DNA from: a virus
Lineage: Duplodnaviria > Heunggongvirae > Uroviricota > Caudoviricetes
Virus record (IMG/VR): IMGVR_UViG_3300005323_000037
Span: 1 to 51,987 of that record
DNA: 51,987 bases
Reading direction: 5' to 3' (one strand)
The notes beneath the pieces were generated by a model that searched no databases, was not told where the DNA came from, and saw only the letters and a program-made list of their open reading frames with translations. Below are positions 8,481 to 17,216 of this stretch, piece after piece (positions within the stretch are counted from its first letter, which is position 1; the number at the start of each line of letters is the position of its first letter). The translations under genes were made by a program, and so were the position numbers.

Positions 8481-8762
8481 ATGAGCATATCTGTCATTAG
8501 CGGTCGCACCAAGTACTCAGCTATTCACCCTAAGCGACACTCGGTTACTGACATCTCTGAAGAAGGCTTTGATGAGCCCGAGCTTTCCCTGGCGGTAGCT
8601 TTAGTAGGCGAAGTGTCGCACGATATTCTCAAAGGCGACTATGCTTGGGTCTGCGAGTGGCTAGATACCTGGTTCAACATCAATGGTGCGGGCACAGCGC
8701 TTGCTAGATGCTTTGAAAATCAGAAGAAGAAAACTAGACACAAGGAAAAATCTATGGTATAA
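8481..8762 (+). CDS. hypothetical protein
   Basis: First ORF after promoter; AGGA SD. Confidence 0.6.
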   Translation: MSISVISGRTKYSAIHPKRHSVTDISEEGFDEPELSLAVALVGEVSHDILKGDYAWVCEWLDTWFNINGAGTALARCFENQKKKTRHKEKSMV

Positions 8763-8763
8763 T
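8735..8763 (+). promoter_or_regulatory. sigma70-type promoter for the XRE gene
   Basis: TAGACA 8735-8740, 17-bp spacer, TG extension, TATAAT 8758-8763. Confidence 0.65.
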
Positions 8764-8776
8764 TAGGAGTACAATT

Positions 8777-9010
8777 GTGAAGAAGCCACGCCGAGTCAGG
8801 CAGATACCTAATCGTCTAAAAGATATAAGGAGGATGAAAGCGGTCAAGCAGATTGATCTATCTATTGAAGCAGGAGTATCAGTGAACACGATTAGCTCGA
8901 TCGAGTCACATGACTACTTCCCGACCGCACAGGTGCGTAAGCGGATTTGTAAAGCATTAGGTGTAGAGCATGAAGCAATCTGGAGGAATGTGAGCGTTGG
9001 CAATGAATGA
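8777..9010 (+). CDS. XRE/Cro-family HTH regulator
   Basis: NRLKDIR...KQIDLSIEAGVSVNTISSIE...ICKALGV. Confidence 0.88.
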   Translation: MKKPRRVRQIPNRLKDIRRMKAVKQIDLSIEAGVSVNTISSIESHDYFPTAQVRKRICKALGVEHEAIWRNVSVGNE

Positions 9011-9194
9011 TGTACACGAATTCAGCGAACAGGACGTTGTAGCAGCAGGCGACTTCTCTACTTCATTAGATGAAGCAATCTTGCGCGATCCATACTTTGC
9101 AGTGCTATTCGATAAGCAGCTAGTCAGCGCTAGCAAATATCATCAGCGAGCTCGCGAGCTTGCTGGACTTCCCAAATTTATCCAATCAGTTTAG
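8997..9194 (+). CDS. hypothetical protein
   Basis: Overlap-coupled, GGAGG upstream. Confidence 0.55.
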   Translation: MAMNDVHEFSEQDVVAAGDFSTSLDEAILRDPYFAVLFDKQLVSASKYHQRARELAGLPKFIQSV

Positions 9195-9207
9195 GAGACA
9201 GACAGTA

Positions 9208-10251
9208 ATGGCAGAATATCGTAAGCTAGTTGTCGGTGCAGTACAGGCTATCCCCACTGGTGGCGATCTGGTAAGGGGATTTGTTGCGCCTTGGTCGTCT
9301 AAGGTTATGTATACAGTCGGCACAGAATCTGATGACGTCAAGGAGCTAGGTGCAATCAGAGTCAGAGAATATGCAGAATCAACTTGGCGCACGCTGTACT
9401 TCTTTGACTACAATGCGGCAGTGGCGGCAGCTAAGGCAATTGGAGCGTACAATCCAGCTACAATCTCGCACTTTGAAGCGCCGCTGAAGGATGCTCTAAT
9501 TGATAAAGCGGACAAGTTCGATGATCCCCTGGCTATGGAAATCAATTTGCAAACACTGCGTGCTAAACTGGCCGGGTATCGTTATCAGATGATCTTCTTG
9601 CCTAGCGCGGTAGCGGCAGCGGCTGATCTGTATGGTATTCCTAATGCGGGCTTTGATCTAAGCGAGCTAACTGATGACTCTACTATTGTGACTGATGAAT
9701 TCCAGTGGCATATGGTAGGAAATTCTGATCACAAGCCTGATGGTGAATTCTATTGGGCTAAGTCATTGCTTTGGAAGCAGCGTGTCGAGCTATGGGCATC
9801 ATTGGGCGAACCTGATCCTAGGCGTTACGTAACGGGTCTGACTGTAACTGGTGACAAGAAAGCAATTGTTACATCAGATACGCTCCGTGATTGCTTGTTG
9901 GCTGTGCAGTCAGACTGGACCGATCAGTGGGCTCGCCTGACTAATGTAGCCGATCCAGTTGTCGATGCTAAGACTAAGGCCGGCAAGCGCTTGCAGGTGC
10001 TTACTATCAATAAGCTGTATCAGGATAAGGAAGAAGCGCTCGCAGATAATGGTGATGATGATGGCAGCGTTCCAGTTGTAGCTAATAGTAGCAATACATC
10101 TAGTGTACCCACTGCCTGGAAAGGTCTTGAATCAGAGTTTGCTGAAGAGTTGGCTAACTCAGTCAGCAGCGGTATGAATAATCAGCAGATGGCAGAAGCG
10201 CTCGGTATTACGATTGCTGAGGCTGTCCACTGGCGCAAGACTGTAAGCTAG
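9208..10251 (+). CDS. hypothetical protein with acidic linker and C-terminal HTH-like module
   Basis: Start moved to ATG 9208 (AGGAG SD); C-terminal SSGMNNQQMAEALGITIAEAVHWRK. Confidence 0.75.
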   Translation: MAEYRKLVVGAVQAIPTGGDLVRGFVAPWSSKVMYTVGTESDDVKELGAIRVREYAESTWRTLYFFDYNAAVAAAKAIGAYNPATISHFEAPLKDALIDKADKFDDPLAMEINLQTLRAKLAGYRYQMIFLPSAVAAAADLYGIPNAGFDLSELTDDSTIVTDEFQWHMVGNSDHKPDGEFYWAKSLLWKQRVELWASLGEPDPRRYVTGLTVTGDKKAIVTSDTLRDCLLAVQSDWTDQWARLTNVADPVVDAKTKAGKRLQVLTINKLYQDKEEALADNGDDDGSVPVVANSSNTSSVPTAWKGLESEFAEELANSVSSGMNNQQMAEALGITIAEAVHWRKTVS

Positions 10252-10272
10252 TCGATCTTGATATCTTGATTG

Positions 10273-10312
10273 ATGGTACGCGTGTAGTCATCCTCCGCTA
10301 TGCGCGTACCAT
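10273..10312 (+). terminator. stem-loop after the 9208 gene
   Basis: ATGGTACGCG-TGTAG / CTATG-CGCGTACCAT 15-bp stem (two G-U pairs); weak U tract. Confidence 0.55.
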
Positions 10313-10343
10313 GTTAATATAATGATTGATATTAGGAAAAGCA

Positions 10344-11330
10344 ATGCTCTACTATGATCCCACTGAATCCCGCTCAGGCACACGCTTACCTGATACAGTT
10401 ATCAGAAGTGGCGTCACATTGCCCGGACTAGAGAAGGCAACTGGTGCAGACTTTATCATCTCACCATTGTCTGAGCCAAAGCTAACTGAGATTACTGCTA
10501 GTCGTCCATCACAGATCGGATTGCGTAAGCATACTGAAGCAGGACTGCTCGTACAACGTAAGTCAGGACTAGACTTGATGGGCAGCATTCCTGATCTATC
10601 TAATATACTAGCTAAGATGCTCGATTGGACTGCATACCCGTGGTTGCTAATCGCTGGCGAGTACAAGATAACTAAGCAGAATAAAGTAATGGTCGGTGAG
10701 CGCGAAACTGAATGGAGCTATAACTCACTTCTAGGCGCACTAGAAGATTGGCAGCTACGTGGCGGCTACTACACTATACTATGCAAGGATAGCCTAATTG
10801 GTCCTTGGGTAGCACGTTGGCATGATAAGGTCGATGTATTCAAAGATCAATCTGATAAGATAATTCTGCCACGCAAGCCGACGCAAGCAATTACAATCAG
10901 CAATAGCGATGGCAATGATATGCCTTGGCGCGCTACATTAGCTAGCTTTCCAGGTATAGGCATTGAGACAGCTACTAGCATTGCTAACTACTGTGGTACA
11001 CTAGCTGATAGCTTAGTCTTCCTCAGCGATCAGAACAATATCAGGCTGAAGGAAGTCGTCAGTGAAGATGGCAAGAATGCCTATCCTAAGAATGTTGGAC
11101 TAGCTAAGCTAGTAGATGCTAGACAATGGCTAGGGTTAGAGGTGGTTGATGGGCAGCAGGAAGTGCTGACTCGTATCATTGGCGATAAGGTTATCAGTAA
11201 GACTAAAGAGAAGAAGTATAAGAAGCCTACAATGAAGTCCGTTGCTGATGATGGTAGTATGCTAGTTCAATCTGATAAGGCAATGATTAATCAACCGATT
11301 AGTGGTGAAGAGTTGGGGTTACCATACTAA
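10344..11330 (+). CDS. ERCC4/Mus81-type endonuclease with HhH motif
   Basis: GADF...LLVQRKSGLDLMGSI (ERK-like motif), LLIAGEY, HhH ASFPGIGIETA. Confidence 0.7.
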   Translation: MLYYDPTESRSGTRLPDTVIRSGVTLPGLEKATGADFIISPLSEPKLTEITASRPSQIGLRKHTEAGLLVQRKSGLDLMGSIPDLSNILAKMLDWTAYPWLLIAGEYKITKQNKVMVGERETEWSYNSLLGALEDWQLRGGYYTILCKDSLIGPWVARWHDKVDVFKDQSDKIILPRKPTQAITISNSDGNDMPWRATLASFPGIGIETATSIANYCGTLADSLVFLSDQNNIRLKEVVSEDGKNAYPKNVGLAKLVDARQWLGLEVVDGQQEVLTRIIGDKVISKTKEKKYKKPTMKSVADDGSMLVQSDKAMINQPISGEELGLPY

Positions 11331-11797
11331 TGAGTAGTATAACCAATGAAGAAGTAGTTGCGAACTCTGAGTATTCAATCAAGTTAGAGCACCCCGCGCT
11401 GGTAAAGTGGCTACGTCAAACTTATGATGTAGCAAATCTTGGTATGGGCATTCTTCCGCGCGATGGTATTCGCATGTCATGGTATGACTTCAATCATTGT
11501 GGTAGTAGTTGGTATATGTTTCTCGATACTGACGAGCATGTTATTTTACAATGCCATGCCAGTCTATCTACTGGAGAGATTTATGCTCCGCAAAGTATAA
11601 TAGATAATGTAGATCAGATTATTACTTGCGGTACGGCACGTATGGTTAGTGATAAAGTAGTGCAATTCAAGAACGACGTTGTTTTCTCTACTGTATTTGG
11701 AGATACGATGTATAATATGTCTGTATCATCAAGCGATGATCGGTGTAGAGAAGTATTGGAATACCAGAATTCAGTTACGCGCCAATATCAAAAGTAA
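11330..11797 (+). CDS. hypothetical protein
   Basis: TAATG coupling, 155 aa. Confidence 0.65.
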   Translation: MSSITNEEVVANSEYSIKLEHPALVKWLRQTYDVANLGMGILPRDGIRMSWYDFNHCGSSWYMFLDTDEHVILQCHASLSTGEIYAPQSIIDNVDQIITCGTARMVSDKVVQFKNDVVFSTVFGDTMYNMSVSSSDDRCREVLEYQNSVTRQYQK

Positions 11798-11809
11798 ACA
11801 AATTAGGTA

Positions 11810-11838
11810 TTGACAAACGTACAGACTTATGATATAAT
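11810..11838 (+). promoter_or_regulatory. sigma70 consensus promoter
   Basis: TTGACA 11810-11815, 17-bp spacer, TG extension, TATAAT 11833-11838. Confidence 0.85.
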
Positions 11839-11852
11839 ATGTAGGTGATAGT

Positions 11853-12053
11853 ATGACGAAACAGATGGGACTGAATCTATCCGATCAACAGTATAGTAAG
11901 CTAGTAGATATGTCGAAACGCGATGGTATCAAGATTACTCATCATATCAAGCGTGCATTAGAAGAATACTTCGAGCGCCATTTCAATCCAGATACTAGCG
12001 TTAGGTATGTCATTATCAAAGAGAATGGCACAGAGTATGAGGTAAATAAGTAA
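11853..12053 (+). CDS. ribbon-helix-helix DNA-binding protein
   Basis: KQMGLNLSDQQYSKLVDMSKRDGIKITHHIKRALEEYF; AGGTGA SD. Confidence 0.8.
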   Translation: MTKQMGLNLSDQQYSKLVDMSKRDGIKITHHIKRALEEYFERHFNPDTSVRYVIIKENGTEYEVNK

Positions 12054-13201
12054 TGAGTATCAACAAGCGCGTCATCGTTGTCACTGGTGCAAAGGGTTCG
12101 GGCAAGTCCACCGCGCTAGCTACTTATCCTCCAGCTACTGAAGAGGCAATGGCGGCTACAGTAGTAGTCGATACTGAGGACAGCATGAATGACATCTATG
12201 AGCAGTACTCTGCTGCCAAAATGCCATTTACACTCCTGCGTGCCTACGATCGCTTCAAAGCAGATGATGATCTACTGAAAGCTATCGCCGCAGGCAAGCT
12301 CCCTTGGGTCAATAATGCCAAGCAGAAGTCAGCATTAGTCGGCTATTACGAATGGTTTGTAAAGACCCTCGATGAAACACTCAGCAAGGGCAAGTACAAG
12401 TACCTGATCATTGATACGATTGAGCCTATCGAAGCTGCGATGACTGCTTGGGCTGAGACTAACAAGAATCTATCTGGCTGGTCTGGGACTAAAGCTTATG
12501 GCAGGCTTGAAACTGAAGCTGTGCGCCCACTGTATGAGAACTTACTAGAAGCCTTCACTCAGCGTGGTATCGAGACCATTCTGATGTCCTCACACATCAA
12601 GCGTGTATGGGAAGATGATAAGCCAATCCTGAATAAAGTCCAGCCCGGTGGCCGCATGGCTGTTCTATCTCGCCTATCATCAATGATGTTCTGGGTGGTA
12701 CAGTCAGCAGACAGTATCTATGGCGAGCCAGCAGCAATCGTACTAAAGGCTCGCATGGGCCTGATGGAAGCAGTTAATGGTCGCTGGCAACCTAGACGAG
12801 TGCTCCCTAGGCGCATACCACATTTCAACTGGTCAGCGGTTGATGCCTACATTGCTCATCCTGCGGACTTGACAAATCCCGCGCCTGGTGAGATAATGAC
12901 AAGTGAAGAGCGTGAGATGGTATCAGAGATGCTAACTGATGAGCAGATGCGCTTGATGGTAGTAGGAGCAGAGATTGAGCTAAGCGCGCTGCAACCACCA
13001 ACTGGCATGCTGATTCAATCCAATCCTGCAGTAGCTGAAACGTCAACTGAAACAGTTGAGCAGATCAAGCAGATGATTGCTTCAGAAAAGACCAATGATG
13101 AGATTCGTCAAGCGCTTAGTGTGCCATTGCCAGTAATCATTCGAGCACGAGCAGAACTAAAGCGCGAGCGTAAGGAACAAGATAGCAATGAGCAACAGTA
13201 A
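12053..13201 (+). CDS. P-loop ATPase, Sak4/RecA-like (AAA_24) recombination protein
   Basis: Walker A TGAKGSGKST, VVDTE, Walker B LIIDTI; C-terminal HTH-like tail. Confidence 0.75.
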   Translation: MSINKRVIVVTGAKGSGKSTALATYPPATEEAMAATVVVDTEDSMNDIYEQYSAAKMPFTLLRAYDRFKADDDLLKAIAAGKLPWVNNAKQKSALVGYYEWFVKTLDETLSKGKYKYLIIDTIEPIEAAMTAWAETNKNLSGWSGTKAYGRLETEAVRPLYENLLEAFTQRGIETILMSSHIKRVWEDDKPILNKVQPGGRMAVLSRLSSMMFWVVQSADSIYGEPAAIVLKARMGLMEAVNGRWQPRRVLPRRIPHFNWSAVDAYIAHPADLTNPAPGEIMTSEEREMVSEMLTDEQMRLMVVGAEIELSALQPPTGMLIQSNPAVAETSTETVEQIKQMIASEKTNDEIRQALSVPLPVIIRARAELKRERKEQDSNEQQ

Positions 13202-13421
13202 TCGAATACCGCCGCACTCAGCGCTAACTCGAATAGACATCATTGAGCAGTGTAAAGATGTATGTCCGCAGGGCAACCAGTGCGCGCTAGGCAGGCATTG
13301 CAAGCATCGTTGGCATGTATGTGGTAATGAGTTTTGTGCTTGTCATAGTAAAGGTAGATATGAGCTAGAGAAGAAAATGGATGAGTTAGTTATTTGCAAC
13401 AAAGACTTCCAGCAACCTTAA
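13188..13421 (+). CDS. small Cys/His-rich protein
   Basis: CKDVC..GNQCALGRHCKHRWHVCGNEFCACH. Confidence 0.55.
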   Translation: MSNSNRIPPHSALTRIDIIEQCKDVCPQGNQCALGRHCKHRWHVCGNEFCACHSKGRYELEKKMDELVICNKDFQQP

Positions 13422-13450
13422 ATATACTGCATATTGATTGTAATAGGGTA

Positions 13451-13479
13451 TTGACAAATATCAACAACTGTGCTATAAT
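13451..13479 (+). promoter_or_regulatory. sigma70 consensus promoter
   Basis: TTGACA 13451-13456, 17-bp spacer, TG extension, TATAAT 13474-13479. Confidence 0.85.
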
Positions 13480-13500
13480 ATATACAGCAGTGAGGAAGAT

Positions 13501-13701
13501 ATGCTACTAAAACCGCATGATGCCGCTGCTAGATATGGTGTGTCAATAGCGGCATTAAGAAGGTGGACTAAGATGGGTATATTACAAGAGCATCGCACTC
13601 CAGGCAGGCAATTTCGGTATGATAGCGCAGAGATTGAGAACCTTTTCAATATCTCAAGTAATCACATTCAATCGAAACCATTGGTAAATAAGGAGGAATA
13701 G
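13501..13701 (+). CDS. stand-alone MerR/excisionase-like HTH protein
   Basis: LLKPHDAAARYGVSIAALRRWTKMGILQEHRTPGRQFRY. Confidence 0.85.
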   Translation: MLLKPHDAAARYGVSIAALRRWTKMGILQEHRTPGRQFRYDSAEIENLFNISSNHIQSKPLVNKEE

Positions 13702-13704
13702 CTT

Positions 13705-14751
13705 ATGACATTTAATCCTGACGACTACGGTCCAGAAGATTGTACAACTACTTACTATGGACCAACTCTACTAGAACTCATTGCTCAACAGCAGGCAGCC
13801 AATCCTGCACCTACAGTGATTGAGGAAGGCACTACTCCTTATCGTCGCCTAGTCGTTGGTGCACCTCAAGATATTGCTGGAGCAATGGAAAGAGAAGTCA
13901 AGGCCAGGCACGATACGCGCGTCAGCATATGCGGCACATATGTACGTAACACTGACGGCCACACCGGCAGGTTCGCGCATAGAATGTGGTTATGCGATAT
14001 CTTTAGAGAATGCCCGCGCTGCCTAGAACGACGTGCCGATGCCACCATGCGCAGAATGTATTACGCCTACACTGGGCACCGCATTGTCTACGGCTTCGTT
14101 AGCAAAGAACAAGCTGAAGAGATCCTCAAAGATATTTCTAGTAAACACTATCTACGCTGTCCGGTTGAGGATGGCGTACATTTGTTTATTGAGAATGTTG
14201 ATGATCAGGCTGATTATCTAAAAGAGTATGGATTTGCTTTCTGTATACCAGAGTCGCTGGATTTCTCTAAGATTGTGTATACTCCAGAAGGACAGCGTAT
14301 GACAGGCAAGCTCGGTGCTAAGCCTATCATTCATGACGGGCAAACAATTATTGTTACAGCTAGTCAGATTATGGTTGACAATATCACGTCCACTCAAGAA
14401 ATGATTGCAATGCAGCAAGCAATCAATGAGACCGCAGATAGCTATTTTGAACCAGTAGCTGAAGGTGTAATATTATCGCCCGAGGAATTAATGCAGCTAG
14501 CGCGTACTGTAACCACTGCTATGCAACGTCGAGATAGGGCATTTGTTGAAAATGTAAAAAGACTTGGCGGTAAAGTTAAGTATGCCAGTCAGAGAAAAGA
14601 AACGCTGGAAATAAAGCGTATACAATGGATTAATTATTTCAACGTTAATAGTGATTTGCTAGCCAGAACGCCTGATATCGACGATGAAGAGGTTGCAGAC
14701 CTACTGATTCTCGACAAAATAGCGTTTGCGGCAGCTAATAAGCAAAAGTAA
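13705..14751 (+). CDS. hypothetical protein with Cys motif (possible replication protein)
   Basis: 348 aa; CGTY...WLCDIFRECPRCLERRA; function inferred from position only. Confidence 0.7.
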   Translation: MTFNPDDYGPEDCTTTYYGPTLLELIAQQQAANPAPTVIEEGTTPYRRLVVGAPQDIAGAMEREVKARHDTRVSICGTYVRNTDGHTGRFAHRMWLCDIFRECPRCLERRADATMRRMYYAYTGHRIVYGFVSKEQAEEILKDISSKHYLRCPVEDGVHLFIENVDDQADYLKEYGFAFCIPESLDFSKIVYTPEGQRMTGKLGAKPIIHDGQTIIVTASQIMVDNITSTQEMIAMQQAINETADSYFEPVAEGVILSPEELMQLARTVTTAMQRRDRAFVENVKRLGGKVKYASQRKETLEIKRIQWINYFNVNSDLLARTPDIDDEEVADLLILDKIAFAAANKQK

Positions 14752-14842
14752 GCAGCTAAATGAGCCGACAAAACTGAATAAGGGCAAGCAGCTAGAGTGG
14801 CAGTTGTAGGAACGCGGGTACAAGCTGAAAGAAGATGGATTA

Positions 14843-15166
14843 ATGTTGCTTAGAACAATTGTCAATGAAGCACTTACCCATGAACATGACTCGCTTTACT
14901 ATTATAAGATGATTGAAAGTATAGCCAAGCAGATAGATACCGCATTAGGTTCAGCACCACTTAGCAGTGATGAGCGCGGTCTAGTAACTGCCATTGCCGC
15001 CGCGTACTATGCAGCCGTTATTCCTTGTATTAATGATACTAATCCTGAAGCCGTAGCTAAGATCATGATTAATCTAGCTTCTGTCATGTACGCGATTGGT
15101 ACGCTAGGGGCAACATCAATGATTGGACTGACTGATAGTAGTAGCTTCTCCAATATAATAGTATAG
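14843..15166 (+). CDS. hypothetical protein
   Basis: ORF track; co-oriented array. Confidence 0.6.
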   Translation: MLLRTIVNEALTHEHDSLYYYKMIESIAKQIDTALGSAPLSSDERGLVTAIAAAYYAAVIPCINDTNPEAVAKIMINLASVMYAIGTLGATSMIGLTDSSSFSNIIV

Positions 15167-15179
15167 GAGGGCAGCGATA

Positions 15180-15476
15180 ATGGCTTTTACAGAAACAGAT
15201 TTACTTGTCCTTCAAGCAATTGGGGAACTCGTTACTATACCAGAAGTGCATACGCCAATTGATGGCCTTACCGATAATCTACTAGCATTTGCAGATATGG
15301 TGTTGGCAGTTATGACTAACGAGAAAGTTGATTCAATAGAGTTTGGACAAAAGTATCATAAGCTATTTCGCAATAGCGGTCCACGCGGTTACTTAATGAA
15401 GCCCATAGAATGGTTTGACGAACAGCGCGGAGATGCGCTTATCAAATTATTTCAAATCATAAAAGAGCAAGGGTAA
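15180..15476 (+). CDS. hypothetical protein
   Basis: AGGAGG SD. Confidence 0.7.
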   Translation: MAFTETDLLVLQAIGELVTIPEVHTPIDGLTDNLLAFADMVLAVMTNEKVDSIEFGQKYHKLFRNSGPRGYLMKPIEWFDEQRGDALIKLFQIIKEQG

Positions 15477-15481
15477 CAATA

Positions 15482-15898
15482 ATGGAAGAAACAATTATCA
15501 AATATCTCAATGAGTTGATCAATATTGTGCAAACTGGTTCGCAAGAGCTGTGGAATATTGCAATCAGGCAGGTTATTGTAAATGGTATTATAAACGCCGC
15601 GTGGGCCGCGCTATTTATAGTTATGGGCATTGTCGGTTTCAAGCTTGCTCGATCACGACGTCTGGCTACTAAGATAATGACAGAGGAAGAATACAAAAAT
15701 AGTGGTGAGTCTTGGTATTATGAGTATTGCAACAATATACGTTTCGAGAACCGAGTAAAGGAAATAATTGTACTTATCCTTACTGCGATATGCTTTATAG
15801 TAGCCGCGTGTCAAATAAGCAGTTGCGCGTACTATCTTAGCAATCCGCGCTACTATGCTATTAGGCTACTGATTGATACCATTTCGACTATCAATTAA
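15482..15898 (+). CDS. membrane protein (2 TM)
   Basis: Two hydrophobic stretches. Confidence 0.65.
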   Translation: MEETIIKYLNELINIVQTGSQELWNIAIRQVIVNGIINAAWAALFIVMGIVGFKLARSRRLATKIMTEEEYKNSGESWYYEYCNNIRFENRVKEIIVLILTAICFIVAACQISSCAYYLSNPRYYAIRLLIDTISTIN

Positions 15899-16287
15899 TG
15901 TTTGGTATACTCATCACGACAACAATTATCGGTTTAGCAACTTACTACAATCCTGGCGTAATGGATACAGTTAGAGCAAACAGGAATCTCGAATGCACTG
16001 ATTGCATCGGCTACGTAGCTACTCTAGATTGCAATGCACTAGGCAGCTTAGTCTGGCTACAGCGACCGGGATATAATTCAGAAGGCCCCTACATGATTTC
16101 AGACTGTGCTCACTCTAAGCACGCAAGCAATCTATCAGCTAGAGCTTGGGTAGTAGATGTAGACTGGGAGACCGCAGTAAGATGGGACATGCATGCACCA
16201 ATTGAGAATGTCAAGGTAATTACTGAATCTGAGTATAAGCATATGCATTGTATCAGCAGACCAATTAAACATGGAGCAATAAAATGA
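15898..16287 (+). CDS. secreted RlpA/3D-like double-psi beta-barrel protein
   Basis: N-terminal hydrophobic segment; ATYYNPGVM, GSLVWL, GPYMISDC, VVDVD pattern. Confidence 0.55.
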   Translation: MFGILITTTIIGLATYYNPGVMDTVRANRNLECTDCIGYVATLDCNALGSLVWLQRPGYNSEGPYMISDCAHSKHASNLSARAWVVDVDWETAVRWDMHAPIENVKVITESEYKHMHCISRPIKHGAIK

Positions 16288-16658
16288 TTGGAACCAAGGC
16301 CATAAGAAGCATGTATCTCGAATCCTCGGATTGTAGGATACCAGTATTTGTTACCCTGTATTGCCGAGATTGTGGGTCTAAAATGCTATATAAATTTCAT
16401 AGAAGCTCTGTCTATTCCGAATTTGATGGGGCTGAGCTTCCATATGTATCGTGTACATGTCCAAAATGCAATGTAGAGTATTGGCTAGATGGGAACTCAA
16501 CGCTGCGCTTGAATAATGCGCAGCCTCGGCAAAATCATTTTACTGAAGAGTGGATGGAAAATCTAGAAAGCAAACATGAATTAGAAAATAAACTATTGAT
16601 GATATTTGTCGCATTTCTTATAGTCGCGGGTATTGTAGCCGCTGTATTGTTTGGATAA
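16284..16658 (+). CDS. zinc-ribbon protein with C-terminal TM
   Basis: YCRDCG...CPKC; hydrophobic C-terminus. Confidence 0.65.
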   Translation: MIGTKAIRSMYLESSDCRIPVFVTLYCRDCGSKMLYKFHRSSVYSEFDGAELPYVSCTCPKCNVEYWLDGNSTLRLNNAQPRQNHFTEEWMENLESKHELENKLLMIFVAFLIVAGIVAAVLFG

Positions 16659-16674
16659 ATAGAAGGGCAATAGA

Positions 16675-16920
16675 ATGACTGGCGCTATCATAATTATAGT
16701 TGCTGGCATCGTAGCGTACCTAGCTATCTATTGGGTAATATGTAAGCCTATAGAAGACATGTATAAGAGGCAGCGCGAGCAACAGCACGAGCACGATGAA
16801 GAATTGCGTAGAAAGTTCTTTGCCAAGCTAAGGTATACACGTAACGTCACTCATGATTGGGAAGCGCTTGAGCAATGGAAAAGGGATCATGACTTTTACT
16901 ATGATGGACCAAAACAATAA
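16675..16920 (+). CDS. small membrane-anchored protein
   Basis: N-terminal TM then charged helix. Confidence 0.6.
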   Translation: MTGAIIIIVAGIVAYLAIYWVICKPIEDMYKRQREQQHEHDEELRRKFFAKLRYTRNVTHDWEALEQWKRDHDFYYDGPKQ

Positions 16921-16932
16921 TGGAGATAGAAA

Positions 16933-17214
16933 TTGACAACAGTAACGTATTTCACAGCTAAATGGTGCAGTGGCTGCAAGACTACTACTACAATCTGCAA
17001 TCGCTTGAGCAAGGAGCGCACCGACATTGATCTAATTGTTCATGACGTGGATACAGCAGATGGTAGCGCAGCAGCTTATAAGCACAGCGTGTCATCATTG
17101 CCAGCATTGTTCATTACTGGAGTAGGCGGTACTAAGTCGTTTATCGGCAATCATGTTGGTTATGATATAATCAATGCGGCAATTGATTCTGTTAGCACAA
17201 TCGGTCAGGAATAA
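16933..17214 (+). CDS. thioredoxin-like protein
   Basis: FTAKWCSGCK, VSSLP cis-Pro motif; GGAG SD, TTG start. Confidence 0.85.
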   Translation: MTTVTYFTAKWCSGCKTTTTICNRLSKERTDIDLIVHDVDTADGSAAAYKHSVSSLPALFITGVGGTKSFIGNHVGYDIINAAIDSVSTIGQE

Positions 17215-17216
17215 GC

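Noticed and set aside
10318-10323. TATAAT upstream of the ERCC4 gene as a promoter
   Set aside because: No -35 or TG extension; it lies just after a hairpin in AT-rich sequence
7900-13701. IS607-type transposon suggested by the MerR-like HTHs
   Set aside because: No serine recombinase domain or TnpB follows either HTH
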